Position numbers and translations under genes: made by a program | IMG/VR virus record: IMGVR_UViG_3300029286_003706 | Span: 1-64,000 of that record | Length of the DNA stretch: 64,000 nt | Reading direction: 5' to 3' (one strand) | Source: a virus | Notes under the pieces: model-generated | The model's input: the letters and a program-made list of their open reading frames with translations, nothing else | Databases searched by the model: none | What the model was told of the DNA's origin: nothing | Shown: positions 26,301-36,162 of the stretch, piece after piece | How the letters are laid out: every line of letters begins with the position of its first letter | Position numbering within the stretch: position 1 is the stretch's first letter

Positions 26301-27481
26301 TCCATAATATCATCTGATATTATTTTAAAAACTTGAACACCATTTTGAATTACTTTTTTAACAGGATATAAACCAGATATTAATTTTTTCCTATAAAAAT
26401 CATTTGTATTATCTAAAAAAATATAATAATTTTTGGTATCATCCCAATTCTCAACAAATGGATTTATAGATGGATATTGCCATTGATACGAATCTGAATC
26501 ATAAGAAGTTGTACCAGTTGAACCAGATACTATGATATTATTAATCAACCACAATCCGGATTTTATTTCTGGTGTAATATATGATGTTATACTACCAACA
26601 AAATCCATAGTTTCTGAATAAAATCCATAATATCTATTCATTGAATATTTTTTCAAATTGTTTGGTGTGGCTGGTGTATCATCAAATAAAAATTTCAAAT
26701 TTAAAATATTTGGAAATATTAATTTGTTATTTTTATATCCTTCTGTTATAAGTTTTTCCATTCTAAAATGTAGTTGTTCAATGGATAATGTATCTTCTAA
26801 ATAAAAATCTTTTTCAGTATAAATTCCAGAATCGTAATCCATACCATACCATTTTGAAAATTCAGTTTTCCTAACATCAAAATAAAATGGTACTGTTGGG
26901 AATCTAGAATTTGATGTATAATTTTTATCTAAAAATTTACCAAAATTTGATTTAGTAGTTAAATCAAAAACTTTAATACATTTCCACTTATCTATAATTT
27001 CAGAATAAAAATTATTTTTATTTAAAGTAGATAATTCAAAATTATTATTATTATCCAAATTATAGTTTGATGGATCGTCACATCTTAAAATTATAAAATT
27101 GGATGGTAAAGAAGTGTTTCTTATATATAACGGTGCAAAATATTCAAATTCTTCTTCATACCAAGTATCTTCAACTTTATTTGCACCAGATAAATAAGTT
27201 GTATCAAACTGATATGAATAATCACTATAAGTTGAACTTGCATCATTATCATATCTAACATAAAATGCCATATCCGATGGTAGTTTATCATAAAATTTTG
27301 GAATTTTATCTTCTAAATAATCGTTTTTATTTATTGAAAAATGCTTAAATTTATTACTACTTAAATCTGATGAACTATTAAAACTTTCTAAATATAATTT
27401 ATCTAAACTACTAACAACTAATTTTATATTTGTTGTTAGTAATGGATTTGTTCTTATCAATTGGAAACTTGTTCTTATCAT
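23315..27481 (-). CDS. large virion structural protein (baseplate/tail-associated, inferred)
   Basis: 1388 aa, N/S/T/Y-rich, last gene of a late-promoter operon. Confidence 0.6.
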   Translation of the reverse strand: MIRTSFQLIRTNPLLTTNIKLVVSSLDKLYLESFNSSSDLSSNKFKHFSINKNDYLEDKIPKFYDKLPSDMAFYVRYDNDASSTYSDYSYQFDTTYLSGANKVEDTWYEEEFEYFAPLYIRNTSLPSNFIILRCDDPSNYNLDNNNNFELSTLNKNNFYSEIIDKWKCIKVFDLTTKSNFGKFLDKNYTSNSRFPTVPFYFDVRKTEFSKWYGMDYDSGIYTEKDFYLEDTLSIEQLHFRMEKLITEGYKNNKLIFPNILNLKFLFDDTPATPNNLKKYSMNRYYGFYSETMDFVGSITSYITPEIKSGLWLINNIIVSGSTGTTSYDSDSYQWQYPSINPFVENWDDTKNYYIFLDNTNDFYRKKLISGLYPVKKVIQNGVQVFKIISDDIMDKIWDDPIGDPSGITSLKYHPQRVNIKTCNIEYQNFNILTNYSTDFQIDWYYENSPISGQTQTMNYMYGDLYLIEIDGMFHVLKNGTGITYSDFNFNNKNEVINKYYIQTDWGINSNSENLEYWINGKNSEFYRSLKTESKDSQPLQFNIYKIKFSDIKDFDFERINSNFSNFDYEQTYYVDTPEEKLYAIDYTDTSIPRDYKNEKYGTSFQYKISNVSSEYIADDELFEIKQYPFQNPNSQIDNYSKIYKTGDRYQTQLSDIWRKNQTICKWGFMGSISHSDYDYKLNNSLSVGGTFNKTIDPFLTHPDVLSKNLDYFYRIGNFYNSNPINKQYYKFQSTNIDGDFIFSQEGLGFDIGSYFNTDFDYFTYFFKNKMNSLDGGILYNQNYDKYSIFNFGDVSNLSLTLFKGLKISIKSIDNIDIVNNKIYKILYNTNKNFNDYKFSIILNEYYNSETSSNIKTNGIVNNDIIIENRNGINIILNEKWKNILIIINFVVSNNENDAYLNDLNKYDEKNGLYYGLKKDGSYISNYNSIFLTAYNFITLINNTTYQDEPYINYYYITQYDNQTYTGMTNNFYTTESTMVNIPNWQKPFSPFLLYIDYPDSIHLNSQKNYKIEPYKGPDTKSIMGYSLNEPISRIVNSLQDDKPQISSIVGVSTNLIPSKNEIFRFSGPYEPIFNDINLFRGGLYYYTNYSRREIYTTGITEKFSSNTCNNGDYNYNYLWTNCDKLCDKRQNPQINIPPTIPITTNNLLISNFNFDGSIPIDAIISGITITINRRHFNANLYSDNYVKDYEIIIIKSGLTSTNYANLDTNWGETFQEFSYGSGLWGFESMSTGDLNTNLSVSITCEVYNNEKVTLIMPQIRCVYITISYYYNRILFDYTSSIFMDNNVKFDTTISDFGMINNFTFSKVNENSSILKINQDKDTSVYPMIDEYGYSYYNRFIFKSPWDRNFFIRTNSSKSFDESTVTLNTLNQKYSESILNQTNQTNQQL

Positions 27482-27496
27482 TTATATAAAATTAAT

Positions 27497-28948
27497 TTAT
27501 GCTGTACTAGTATTAGTTATATTATTTGTATTATTTGTATAATTTATTCCTTTGTAATAATTTCTATAATTGGAAATGTTAAAAATTAATAAAAATTGAT
27601 AAATTTTACCATCGTTGGATTCAAAATAAATTTTTATTTTTCTTGTTTTCTGTTGATGAATAACACTATTATCAACTATATATTCACTACCGTTTGCAGA
27701 ACTACCATTAAGTTTAAACCACAATTTAGTACCTATAATAAAATTATTTTTTGGTCCTATTATTTTGGTTTTATCTTGACCAGTTTCTACAATATTTGTT
27801 AAATCTGAAAAATAAGGATGTAATGTAACCAATAAATTAGTAGATGACCCTGACCAAAAATTCAAATTATTTATATTTGCAATTGGTAAATATAATTGAT
27901 TTGTAGAACCAGATGATCCCAAATTATATTCTTGTGTATTTAAAATATATGGTGCACTATTTGTTGTCATCCCACTACTTATATTTACACCAGCATCAAT
28001 ATCCATAAACCAAATAAATTGATTATTTTGTTGAGGATATAAATCATCATTATAATCTACTAATAAAATTTGATTAAATGGATCATTATAAAATATATTT
28101 GTTCCACCAGATGTATAATTTCTATTTGATAATAATCCCAAATTACCATTTTGTGCTATATTTGATAAAATAATTTTATAATCATCTATCATATATACAC
28201 TATTAATATATCTTCTAGTCCCACCAGTGGATGGAAGAACATAATCTTCACATTCTATTTTTATTTGTGTTGTTGTATTATTTATTATTTCTTTTATTAA
28301 TGTATCATCTTTATATAAATATATATGAAGTTCACCTTGAATTTTATTTATAATTTCTTCAAGTGATTTAATTCTATCGGTTAATGATCCCAAATATTCA
28401 AATAAATTTAATGTATTATTCATATCACCTTTATAACTAACAGCAATATTTTTATCTATATGTTTATACAATATGTTATTAACATAAAATTGATCGTCTA
28501 TATGAGAATATACACCTTTTGTATTTAGTGTCGAATCCATGTTTACGACACTTTGATCTAGTGCGGCCTCAGATATAATCAATCCGTTTTCACTTAATAC
28601 ATCATTAATATTATCTGGAAAATCAATAATGGATATGTTACTCCATTCTGATTCTAATATGGAATCAGGCCAACCAACTTCGGAAATAGCAGAAATTCTA
28701 ATTTCAACTCGTTCATTTTGTTGTATTGGTATATCTAATTGATTTATGTTTGGTGTATCAGCATCTTGAACATCTTCTACTTTCCAATACCAAACACCTG
28801 CCTTTTCATCCCAATATCTTTTACGTACATCACTCAAATAACTATTCCAATTAGAAAATTGTGCAGTTATAGTCTGATTTGTTGTACTTTCAGAAATTGT
28901 TGATACTTGAGTACTTTGAATAACTTGTTTATTTTTTTGTTGTGCCAT
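27497..28948 (-). CDS. putative virion structural protein
   Basis: 483 aa, co-oriented in the late operon. Confidence 0.6.
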   Translation of the reverse strand: MAQQKNKQVIQSTQVSTISESTTNQTITAQFSNWNSYLSDVRKRYWDEKAGVWYWKVEDVQDADTPNINQLDIPIQQNERVEIRISAISEVGWPDSILESEWSNISIIDFPDNINDVLSENGLIISEAALDQSVVNMDSTLNTKGVYSHIDDQFYVNNILYKHIDKNIAVSYKGDMNNTLNLFEYLGSLTDRIKSLEEIINKIQGELHIYLYKDDTLIKEIINNTTTQIKIECEDYVLPSTGGTRRYINSVYMIDDYKIILSNIAQNGNLGLLSNRNYTSGGTNIFYNDPFNQILLVDYNDDLYPQQNNQFIWFMDIDAGVNISSGMTTNSAPYILNTQEYNLGSSGSTNQLYLPIANINNLNFWSGSSTNLLVTLHPYFSDLTNIVETGQDKTKIIGPKNNFIIGTKLWFKLNGSSANGSEYIVDNSVIHQQKTRKIKIYFESNDGKIYQFLLIFNISNYRNYYKGINYTNNTNNITNTSTA

Positions 28949-28967
28949 ATTTTAATATTTTTTATTT

Positions 28968-30686
28968 TTAAACATTTGTTGTATTTGATATATTGGTGGT
29001 TGATGTTGTTGACGATGGTGTTAATTTATACCCCTCAGTTGGATTCGAATTACCATTTTTTGTTGTATAACGATATTGAATTCTAAATTGAACAATATGT
29101 TGGGGTGCTGTTTGATCGGATAAAATTGGATCTGGTATATTCCAAAATCCCCTAATTCTATATTTTGGTTCAATAGAATTTGTGACACTATTAACACTTG
29201 TTAATTGAGAAATTATAGTAGATAAGTTTTTTGTTTGTAAATCTAAATCCAATTTTAATTTATTCAATTCAGTATTAATGGATACTTTTTCAGCTTGTGA
29301 TAAATTTCCAGAATTTAAATTTTTTAATCTATCTTGTATCGAATTTTGTATTTGAGATATTTTTGTTTTTACGGTATTTTTTTCAGAATGTAATTTTCTT
29401 ATTAAATCTTGGTTTACACTGTCAGTTAAATGTTTATTTATTTGAACCACTTTAAAATTTTCTGATTGTAATACGGGGGAATTTGGTTTGGTTCCATATT
29501 TAGTTGGTATTTTTTTTAATATTATATCTTTCAAAATTTCACCATAATCATAAACAGTATCAATATAATAATTTGCCAAATTTATATTATTATCAGTATC
29601 TAAAACCAAATCATTCGCGAAAAATGACATCCCCTTTGACCACAAAGACCCGATAATATTATTATCTGTATTTATTGGTTTTACAAATAAAACATTAAAT
29701 TCATCAAAACCAACTGTTATTTGAACGGTTTTATTCTCTGCGATATTACTATAATATTTTAAAACATTAGTTCCTATGGTAATTGGGTCATAACCCTCTA
29801 CTATTTCAAGTCTAACTTTATTATTAGAATAATCAGTATTAACTTCTGCAATTTTATATCTGGTAGAACTATTTAACGCATTTATAATAAGTTCATCACC
29901 AATCGATAATGTTTTAATAGTTCCATCTTTTCCATAATATTTTAAATCGGTAAGATGATACCAAATTTTATTATTGATATCATCAACTTCTGTTTTTATA
30001 ACTGAAAATGTACCATAATAATTTAATTCTTTAACCGCGAGACTAAATATTTGTTCATCATATGGTGAAACAACATTTGTTATTACTCCAATATTTAATG
30101 GATTTTCCAACCAAGATATAAAATCATTGATATTAATATCATTTCTATTTAACCAATTTGTGACAAAATCATTATATGATATGGTTCCATTACTTGTTAG
30201 GGTTCCATCATTATTTTTTTCAAATTCTAGAATATATCTACGGGATAATATTTTATTTACATCATGTGTGATTTTATCGGTTAAATCTATATTTACAGCC
30301 AACATAGGATTCATCAAGGATTCAAAAAAACTATTATTTATTGTTGTGAAATTTGAAACTTTATTAATATCTTGGATTGGAACCGGCTCCCTGTTTAGAT
30401 CACTAGTTATTATTTTCTGAACACTTTGACCATTTGTAATGAATGTAGACCCATTAATTGATGACCAACGTTTCATGTTCTGATTTAAAACTTCAATTTG
30501 TGTTTTTAAAGAACCAACAGTGGGTAATGAGAAACTTTGTGTTGTTCCAAAATCATCATAATTAATTTTAACAGTAGATTGTTGTGATGATACCAAATCA
30601 TTTATTTTTGTGAGTATTTCAACACAATTTTTGTTCAAAATTGTAACTTTTTCTGCCAATGATACGAATGAATTAACTTGATCCAT
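28968..30686 (-). CDS. putative virion structural protein with coiled coil
   Basis: 572 aa, TAATATATA upstream. Confidence 0.6.
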   Translation of the reverse strand: MDQVNSFVSLAEKVTILNKNCVEILTKINDLVSSQQSTVKINYDDFGTTQSFSLPTVGSLKTQIEVLNQNMKRWSSINGSTFITNGQSVQKIITSDLNREPVPIQDINKVSNFTTINNSFFESLMNPMLAVNIDLTDKITHDVNKILSRRYILEFEKNNDGTLTSNGTISYNDFVTNWLNRNDININDFISWLENPLNIGVITNVVSPYDEQIFSLAVKELNYYGTFSVIKTEVDDINNKIWYHLTDLKYYGKDGTIKTLSIGDELIINALNSSTRYKIAEVNTDYSNNKVRLEIVEGYDPITIGTNVLKYYSNIAENKTVQITVGFDEFNVLFVKPINTDNNIIGSLWSKGMSFFANDLVLDTDNNINLANYYIDTVYDYGEILKDIILKKIPTKYGTKPNSPVLQSENFKVVQINKHLTDSVNQDLIRKLHSEKNTVKTKISQIQNSIQDRLKNLNSGNLSQAEKVSINTELNKLKLDLDLQTKNLSTIISQLTSVNSVTNSIEPKYRIRGFWNIPDPILSDQTAPQHIVQFRIQYRYTTKNGNSNPTEGYKLTPSSTTSTTNISNTTNV

Positions 30687-30770
30687 GTGATGGTATTTTT
30701 ATTTTTATATATTAAAAACAGTAATACCTATTTTGAAAAAATAATATATAAATAAAAAACAAAAATAAAA

Positions 30771-31214
30771 ATGAAAAATCTAAAAACGTTTGAAAGTTTT
30801 AACGTTAAAAAACAAGAACAAAAAGGATTTACAAGTAATATAGAAAATGACACTTTGAAAAATGATAATTTTAGAAAAGTGTTATATACGAGTAAACATA
30901 TGCAACTTGTATTAATGAGTTTAAAACCCGGTGAAGATATTGGAAAAGAAACACATACTAATGTTGATCAATTTTTTAGATTTGAAGCTGGTAATGGTAA
31001 ATGTATTGTTAATGAAAATGAATACTTAGTAAATAATGGTGATGTTTTAATAGTACCATGTGGTAGTACACATAATATAATAAATATCGGAAAATCAGAT
31101 TTAAAAATATACACAATATATACACCACCTAATCATAAAGATGGAATAACATTCGGAACAAAATCCGAAGCATCTAATAGTAAAGAAAAATTTGATGGAA
31201 TAACAACCGAATGA
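30771..31214 (+). CDS. cupin-domain protein with capsid-targeting-like tag
   Basis: QLVLMSLKPGEDIGKETH..VDQFFRFE.G.G; VPCGSTHNI; LKIYTIYTPPNH; N-terminus MKNLKTFESFN. Confidence 0.85.
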   Translation: MKNLKTFESFNVKKQEQKGFTSNIENDTLKNDNFRKVLYTSKHMQLVLMSLKPGEDIGKETHTNVDQFFRFEAGNGKCIVNENEYLVNNGDVLIVPCGSTHNIINIGKSDLKIYTIYTPPNHKDGITFGTKSEASNSKEKFDGITTE

Positions 31215-32146
31215 TAACAAAATTTATTCAATACATAAAAGAAAATGATGATTACGATGAAAAACTTGTCAGAATAATGGCTTGGTTATTTATGTCATAT
31301 GTATATGATAATAATGATGGAATGAAAGAATCAAATTGGATTAATGATAACAGAATGGGAATATCTTTTAAATTGGCAATTAAATATTTATCTGAAAATG
31401 GTTTTGTTGAATTTATAAATGATAAATGGAAAATAACAAAAAAAGGAATAGATGAATTATTTTCATTTTTTAAAATTCCCACAAATAGAGATGAATGGTT
31501 GAATTATGATAATAGTTGGTTGAAAAAATATGATACTGTTCAATATCCAATTTCTAGGATTCCAACTGAAATATTTGAAAGAGAATTTGAAAAACACACA
31601 TCAGAAAATATTAAATATATACTTGAAAAAAGTGAATATTATGATATTGGTAAATGGTGGTATAAATATCAAAGAGGTACAATAGGTTGGTGGACAAAAA
31701 TGAACAAATATCTTGGTTTAAAAGGAGATTTAATGCCAGATGTTGATTCACTAATTTTATATAGGGGTATTAATTTAAAATGTGGTTCACCAGATAATGA
31801 AGAATATTTTAATAAAGAAATTTGTATTGGAATAAAAAATGGTGAAATTAAAAAAGGTGATAAAATAAAATGTAATAAATCCAGTTGGTCATTATCATCT
31901 AGTGTAGCTAAATCTTTCGCTAGTGGTAAAAAGGGTTTATCGGATCCAATATCAATGAAAGACACCGAAATCGGTATTGTTTTAAAAAATGAATTTAAAT
32001 CTTCTGAAATTTTATTAGATTCGGATTGGGTTAATAATCATAAATTTTTAAAAGATAAATCTGTATTTCCAAGTGAAATGGAGGTAATTATTCAACCAAA
32101 AACGAGATATGTTGAAATAATTCATATTTTTGATAATAAAAATTAA
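31211..32146 (+). CDS. putative R-S-E ADP-ribosyltransferase with capsid-targeting-like tag
   Basis: LYRG...SSWSLSSSVAKSFA...GIVL...SEMEVII; N-terminus MITKFIQYIKEN. Confidence 0.65.
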   Translation: MITKFIQYIKENDDYDEKLVRIMAWLFMSYVYDNNDGMKESNWINDNRMGISFKLAIKYLSENGFVEFINDKWKITKKGIDELFSFFKIPTNRDEWLNYDNSWLKKYDTVQYPISRIPTEIFEREFEKHTSENIKYILEKSEYYDIGKWWYKYQRGTIGWWTKMNKYLGLKGDLMPDVDSLILYRGINLKCGSPDNEEYFNKEICIGIKNGEIKKGDKIKCNKSSWSLSSSVAKSFASGKKGLSDPISMKDTEIGIVLKNEFKSSEILLDSDWVNNHKFLKDKSVFPSEMEVIIQPKTRYVEIIHIFDNKN

Positions 32147-32160
32147 CTAAATTAAATTTT

Positions 32161-32183
32161 GGACTTCCACTAATTAATATATA
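32161..32183 (+). promoter_or_regulatory. extended late-like promoter GGACTTCC-N6-TAATATATA with no downstream ORF
   Basis: Same spacing as the other four sites; precedes a structured non-coding region. Confidence 0.6.
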
Positions 32184-32263
32184 TTTGTAGTGTTGTTCTT
32201 TGATATTTGGTTCCGGACTAAAAACTTAGTTCGGGTAAAATCAATAAAGTAAAAATAATTTTC

Positions 32264-32454
32264 GGAGCCTACCATAACAGGATGTGCCAACCGTATATAA
32301 ATTATACTGACCGATGGAATGTCGGTTGTTGAACGTGGAGGCCGGCTCTGTGGACGAACGTTTCATTTCGGTGAAACCTAAGAAGCATCTTGTCTGTGAA
32401 ACGTTAAAAGAGACGAGTTGAAAGACCCAGAAACCACTATTTAGTGGTCATTCA
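32264..32454 (+). ncRNA. orphan IS200/IS605 right end / TnpB omegaRNA-like scaffold
   Basis: Eroded GAYHNR(D)V codons, ACCGATGGAATGTCGG hairpin, GTGGAG...GTGGACGAACG...CCTAAGAAGC...GTGAAAC, terminal hairpin ACCACTA-TT-TAGTGGT then TTCA. Confidence 0.65.
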
Positions 32455-32496
32455 TAATGTTCATCTTTTACCAAAAAATCAAAAGAATAAATTATT

Positions 32497-32522
32497 AAAA
32501 AACCCCGAATTCGGGGTTTTTT
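32497..32522. terminator. bidirectional intrinsic terminator
   Basis: AAAAAACCCCGAATTCGGGGTTTTTT. Confidence 0.85.
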
Positions 32523-33702
32523 AGTTATTTTTCAAATGTTTTTCAAATATTTCTTTTACTTTATCACGATATTTAACAGGATATATTATTGAATCATGAA
32601 CAGTAAAAATTTTGATATCTTTAATTTGTTTATAAATATCATTTACGACCTTTCCAAATATAAAATCACTTTCCATTCGCATTAGAACGTGACTCAAATA
32701 TCTATAATCACCCTTTGTTTTTTTAATTTTTACAATGAAATCAAATATTTTTGGAAATAATTGTTGAAACATTTGACATTGAATTGATTTTATATTGTTA
32801 TGTCCAAAAAGAACTTTATATGTTAATATTTTAACTAAACTTCTATTGTTTTTTTGATTGAAATAATTTGGAAAATGATAAATAATATATTCATAGAACA
32901 TACCGTTTTCAACAAGTTCTGTAAAAAGTTTTAATTCTTTATCAGAAACATCCATTTCATACCTTAATAATCTGGAAAGAAAAAATGGTTGTGAATTCGG
33001 TAAATCTATTTCTTCAATTTCTTCATCGTCTATTTTGAGATAATTTTTTCGAATTTGTTTTTTAAGAACAGTAAAGTTTGTATGAAATCTACCATAACTA
33101 TCAAAAATGAAATATAAATTTGAATTTTTGATATGATTTATTGAATAGAAATTTTTAAAATATTTTTCATTTGTAATTTCATCACTAGATTTTAAATCAC
33201 TGATACATTGTAAAGATTTCTCACTATTTATAGATACATGCTTAAGATCATCAACCAATCTTTTTCTAATATTTATATCAATTGGACTATCACTATAAAG
33301 TATATTTCTAAGATAATCTTTACTAACTCTTTTATTAATAATATTATCATACACAGTAACTCTTCTGATTTTATCTATATCAAACCAATTGAGGACATAT
33401 GTTCTGGATTTTTTACCAACACAATAATTAGATGTCATTTTCATAAAACCATTATCAACTAAAAAATCAATATAATACTTATAAAATTTACCATATCGAC
33501 TTAATAATATTTTACTAAATAAATTAAATTCATAATCATCAACATCATAATCATTTGCATTTAATTGAAATTTAATAATTATATCGTTAATAACATTTAA
33601 CAAATTAGATGTTTTTAACATTTTTCCATTATATTCGATAAATGGTGTTTTATTTAAAAAAATGAATTTTTCTGGACAAAAGAATTTCATTCCCTTTTTC
33701 AT
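32521..33702 (-). CDS. protein with family-A polymerase palm-like motifs
   Basis: YGRFHT, EIDLPNSQP (motif A-like), R.LVK...Y..LFG (motif B-like), TVHDSI (motif C-like). Confidence 0.55.
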   Translation of the reverse strand: MKKGMKFFCPEKFIFLNKTPFIEYNGKMLKTSNLLNVINDIIIKFQLNANDYDVDDYEFNLFSKILLSRYGKFYKYYIDFLVDNGFMKMTSNYCVGKKSRTYVLNWFDIDKIRRVTVYDNIINKRVSKDYLRNILYSDSPIDINIRKRLVDDLKHVSINSEKSLQCISDLKSSDEITNEKYFKNFYSINHIKNSNLYFIFDSYGRFHTNFTVLKKQIRKNYLKIDDEEIEEIDLPNSQPFFLSRLLRYEMDVSDKELKLFTELVENGMFYEYIIYHFPNYFNQKNNRSLVKILTYKVLFGHNNIKSIQCQMFQQLFPKIFDFIVKIKKTKGDYRYLSHVLMRMESDFIFGKVVNDIYKQIKDIKIFTVHDSIIYPVKYRDKVKEIFEKHLKNN

Positions 33703-34526
33703 ATATTTTTTTTATTTATCGTGTCGGTAATATATTTACAAATAGCATCGGTTGATAAAAAATTATTATAATAATTTACATTTTTTTCATAATAAGAATC
33801 AATATTGTTTAAAATATTTTCAATGAATCTTTTATTTATTTGTTCATAATTACTTATAAAAATAGCTGGACTATCTCTATAATACCAAATATCTTGATTT
33901 TGATGAATTGGAAAATCTGTTATAACAACACAACCAGATTCAAACGATTCCATATAACGAAAACTTTCGGGTACTACTTTTCCAAGTGGGACAAAAGATA
34001 TTTTTGTTTCATTCATTATTTTAAAATAATCATCAATTGGAAATTCGGTCCTAAAACCATTTGTTTCCCTAAAAATACCGTTAAAATTTGAACCACTTAT
34101 TGATTTTTTAATACTATTTATAAATGGAATTCTATTGGGTGAAAATTGGCCACTATAAAAACAATCATATTTTCGTTCACTTAATTTCTTTTTTGGTTGT
34201 TCCATTTCATATGTTACAAAATCTGGCATTACCAAACCAAGTGGTATTGGAAATATTTTAATATAATCAAAATTACCTTTTCTGGGATAAGTTCTGAATA
34301 TTAAATCAACTTTATTAAACCAAGTTTTAACAATACCATATTCATCACTTATATAAATAACAATATTTTTTTTATCTGGTTGAAAAAGTGGTAAAGTGTT
34401 ATCATCGTAATTTGTTATAATAAAATTATAATTGTCATCTAAATAATAAAGTTTTTCCATTATTTTTTGAAAAAATTTTCGTTCACAAAAATTTGGAACA
34501 ACTTGTTCCGAAAAATTCCATATCAT
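33699..34526 (-). CDS. glycosyltransferase, exostosin/GT47-like
   Basis: RKYDCFYSGQ...R, Y..IMNETKISFVPLG...ESFRYMESFESGCVVI. Confidence 0.7.
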   Translation of the reverse strand: MIWNFSEQVVPNFCERKFFQKIMEKLYYLDDNYNFIITNYDDNTLPLFQPDKKNIVIYISDEYGIVKTWFNKVDLIFRTYPRKGNFDYIKIFPIPLGLVMPDFVTYEMEQPKKKLSERKYDCFYSGQFSPNRIPFINSIKKSISGSNFNGIFRETNGFRTEFPIDDYFKIMNETKISFVPLGKVVPESFRYMESFESGCVVITDFPIHQNQDIWYYRDSPAIFISNYEQINKRFIENILNNIDSYYEKNVNYYNNFLSTDAICKYITDTINKKNI

Positions 34527-34626
34527 ATAAAAATAATTTTTATATTTTTAAAGTTAAAAAAATAAAAAGTTTAATAAAACACATCAGTGATATTTGTCGT
34601 GAATAAATTTTATGACAAATGATCTT

Positions 34627-34878
34627 TTAATCCAGTAAAACTTCTAGATTTTTGATAAAAGATTTTTTAATTTTTGATCCTTTAATATGAGAAAATTCAT
34701 CATCCTTAATAATGTTGATAATATTTCTCAATTCACTTTCACATAATATAATGTTATCTGTTTCTTTATCATTATGATAAATACCAATTTTTATATTATC
34801 TTCATCAATTATTATACATTTATACGATACTATTATATCGTTTTCATAAAATTTCATACTAAGTACTGGTTCTTCCAT
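34627..34878 (-). CDS. hypothetical protein
   Basis: 83-aa ORF. Confidence 0.6.
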   Translation of the reverse strand: MEEPVLSMKFYENDIIVSYKCIIIDEDNIKIGIYHNDKETDNIILCESELRNIINIIKDDEFSHIKGSKIKKSFIKNLEVLLD

Positions 34879-34909
34879 AAATCTTTATATAAAAAATAAT
34901 TATTTTTGT

Positions 34910-35236
34910 TTAAATCGAAAATTCATCTTCTATTAATCCTTTAAGATTTTTTAAATTTATTTTTAATTCCGGTTCTGATGATTTCAATAAACTTTTGAAG
35001 TAAGAAAATGGTGGTTTTTTCTTACTTAGACTGTCATTTAAGATTTTATTTGTTTTTAGAATATCTAAAACTAATCTATATTTTCTTAGATTTGTTTGAT
35101 ATAATTTTTCTAATTCATTATAATATATTTCTTGCAACTTTTTCTCTAATGGTTCAAAATCAGATTCCATATCGTAATATTTTTTATCAACGAAATGTCT
35201 ATCTTCATTCAAAAAGTCTTTAAATTTAGTTATCAT
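34910..35236 (-). CDS. protein with capsid-targeting-like tag
   Basis: MITKFKDFLNED. Confidence 0.7.
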   Translation of the reverse strand: MITKFKDFLNEDRHFVDKKYYDMESDFEPLEKKLQEIYYNELEKLYQTNLRKYRLVLDILKTNKILNDSLSKKKPPFSYFKSLLKSSEPELKINLKNLKGLIEDEFSI

Positions 35237-35523
35237 TAAGTATAAGTGATTTCAACTACAACTGTTTCATATCCAAAAGTATTATACCATTGACCAGTTA
35301 CAGTGTCCCAATAATTATAGGTTCTACCACCATCGTTTGAACATCTGGAACCAATAATTGGATCTCTAACATAACTAGTAAAAGTATGACCAGAATAATT
35401 TTGAAGCATATATTGAGTTACAGATGCATCATCACCCCTCATTGGTAATTCTGGAAAATATAAAGTGTTAATATGAAGTGTGTCATCAAAAGCTCTCACC
35501 GTTGGACTATCTATTGTTGGCAT
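35236..35523 (-). CDS. small putative virion protein
   Basis: TAATATATA upstream; T/G/Y-rich; contains SGHT. Confidence 0.65.
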   Translation of the reverse strand: MPTIDSPTVRAFDDTLHINTLYFPELPMRGDDASVTQYMLQNYSGHTFTSYVRDPIIGSRCSNDGGRTYNYWDTVTGQWYNTFGYETVVVEITYT

Positions 35524-35560
35524 AAATTAATTGATTATTTTTATTGTATATATTAATTTT

Positions 35561-35749
35561 TCAAACACTATTTATATATTTTTCTAAAAAAGGTTTTATT
35601 GTAGATTTATCTGTTGTATAAAATTCATTATCCAACCAATCTGAAATGGCGTTTTTTAAACCATCTTTGGTTTTCATATACTGATTCGTTCTAAAATAAT
35701 TTAAAATTTCTGCAGTGTGGTCGTAAATGTTTACCATAGTTCTCCCCAT
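35561..35749 (-). CDS. hypothetical late protein
   Basis: TAATATATA upstream. Confidence 0.6.
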   Translation of the reverse strand: MGRTMVNIYDHTAEILNYFRTNQYMKTKDGLKNAISDWLDNEFYTTDKSTIKPFLEKYINSV

Positions 35750-36162
35750 AAAATTATTATTTAAACTAAATTTTTTTTGGTATATATTAATTTCAACAAA
35801 TGAATTTTTTTTTAGAATATATATAAAATAAAAAATAAAGTAATAATACTATCTATGTAGATATTTCAAAAAATAATAACTGAAAAAATGGTAAAAAAGA
35901 CTGCTTTCACTGTATCCGTTTTAGACCTAAAAAAGGTAATATTTGTTCCGTTACTAGAAATAAAATAAATGAATACCACAGTTATTGTTGTGAAGATGAT
36001 TTTTTGGAAGATCCAATCGTTTTAAAATTGAATGAAGAAGAAGAAATTAATTGGGATCAATCTAAAAAACAAAAGACAATTATTTGAATTTCTATCTTTT
36101 TCATTCATTTTTTTCATACATTATATATTGTTTTTAATAAAAATTTTTAATATATAATATTT

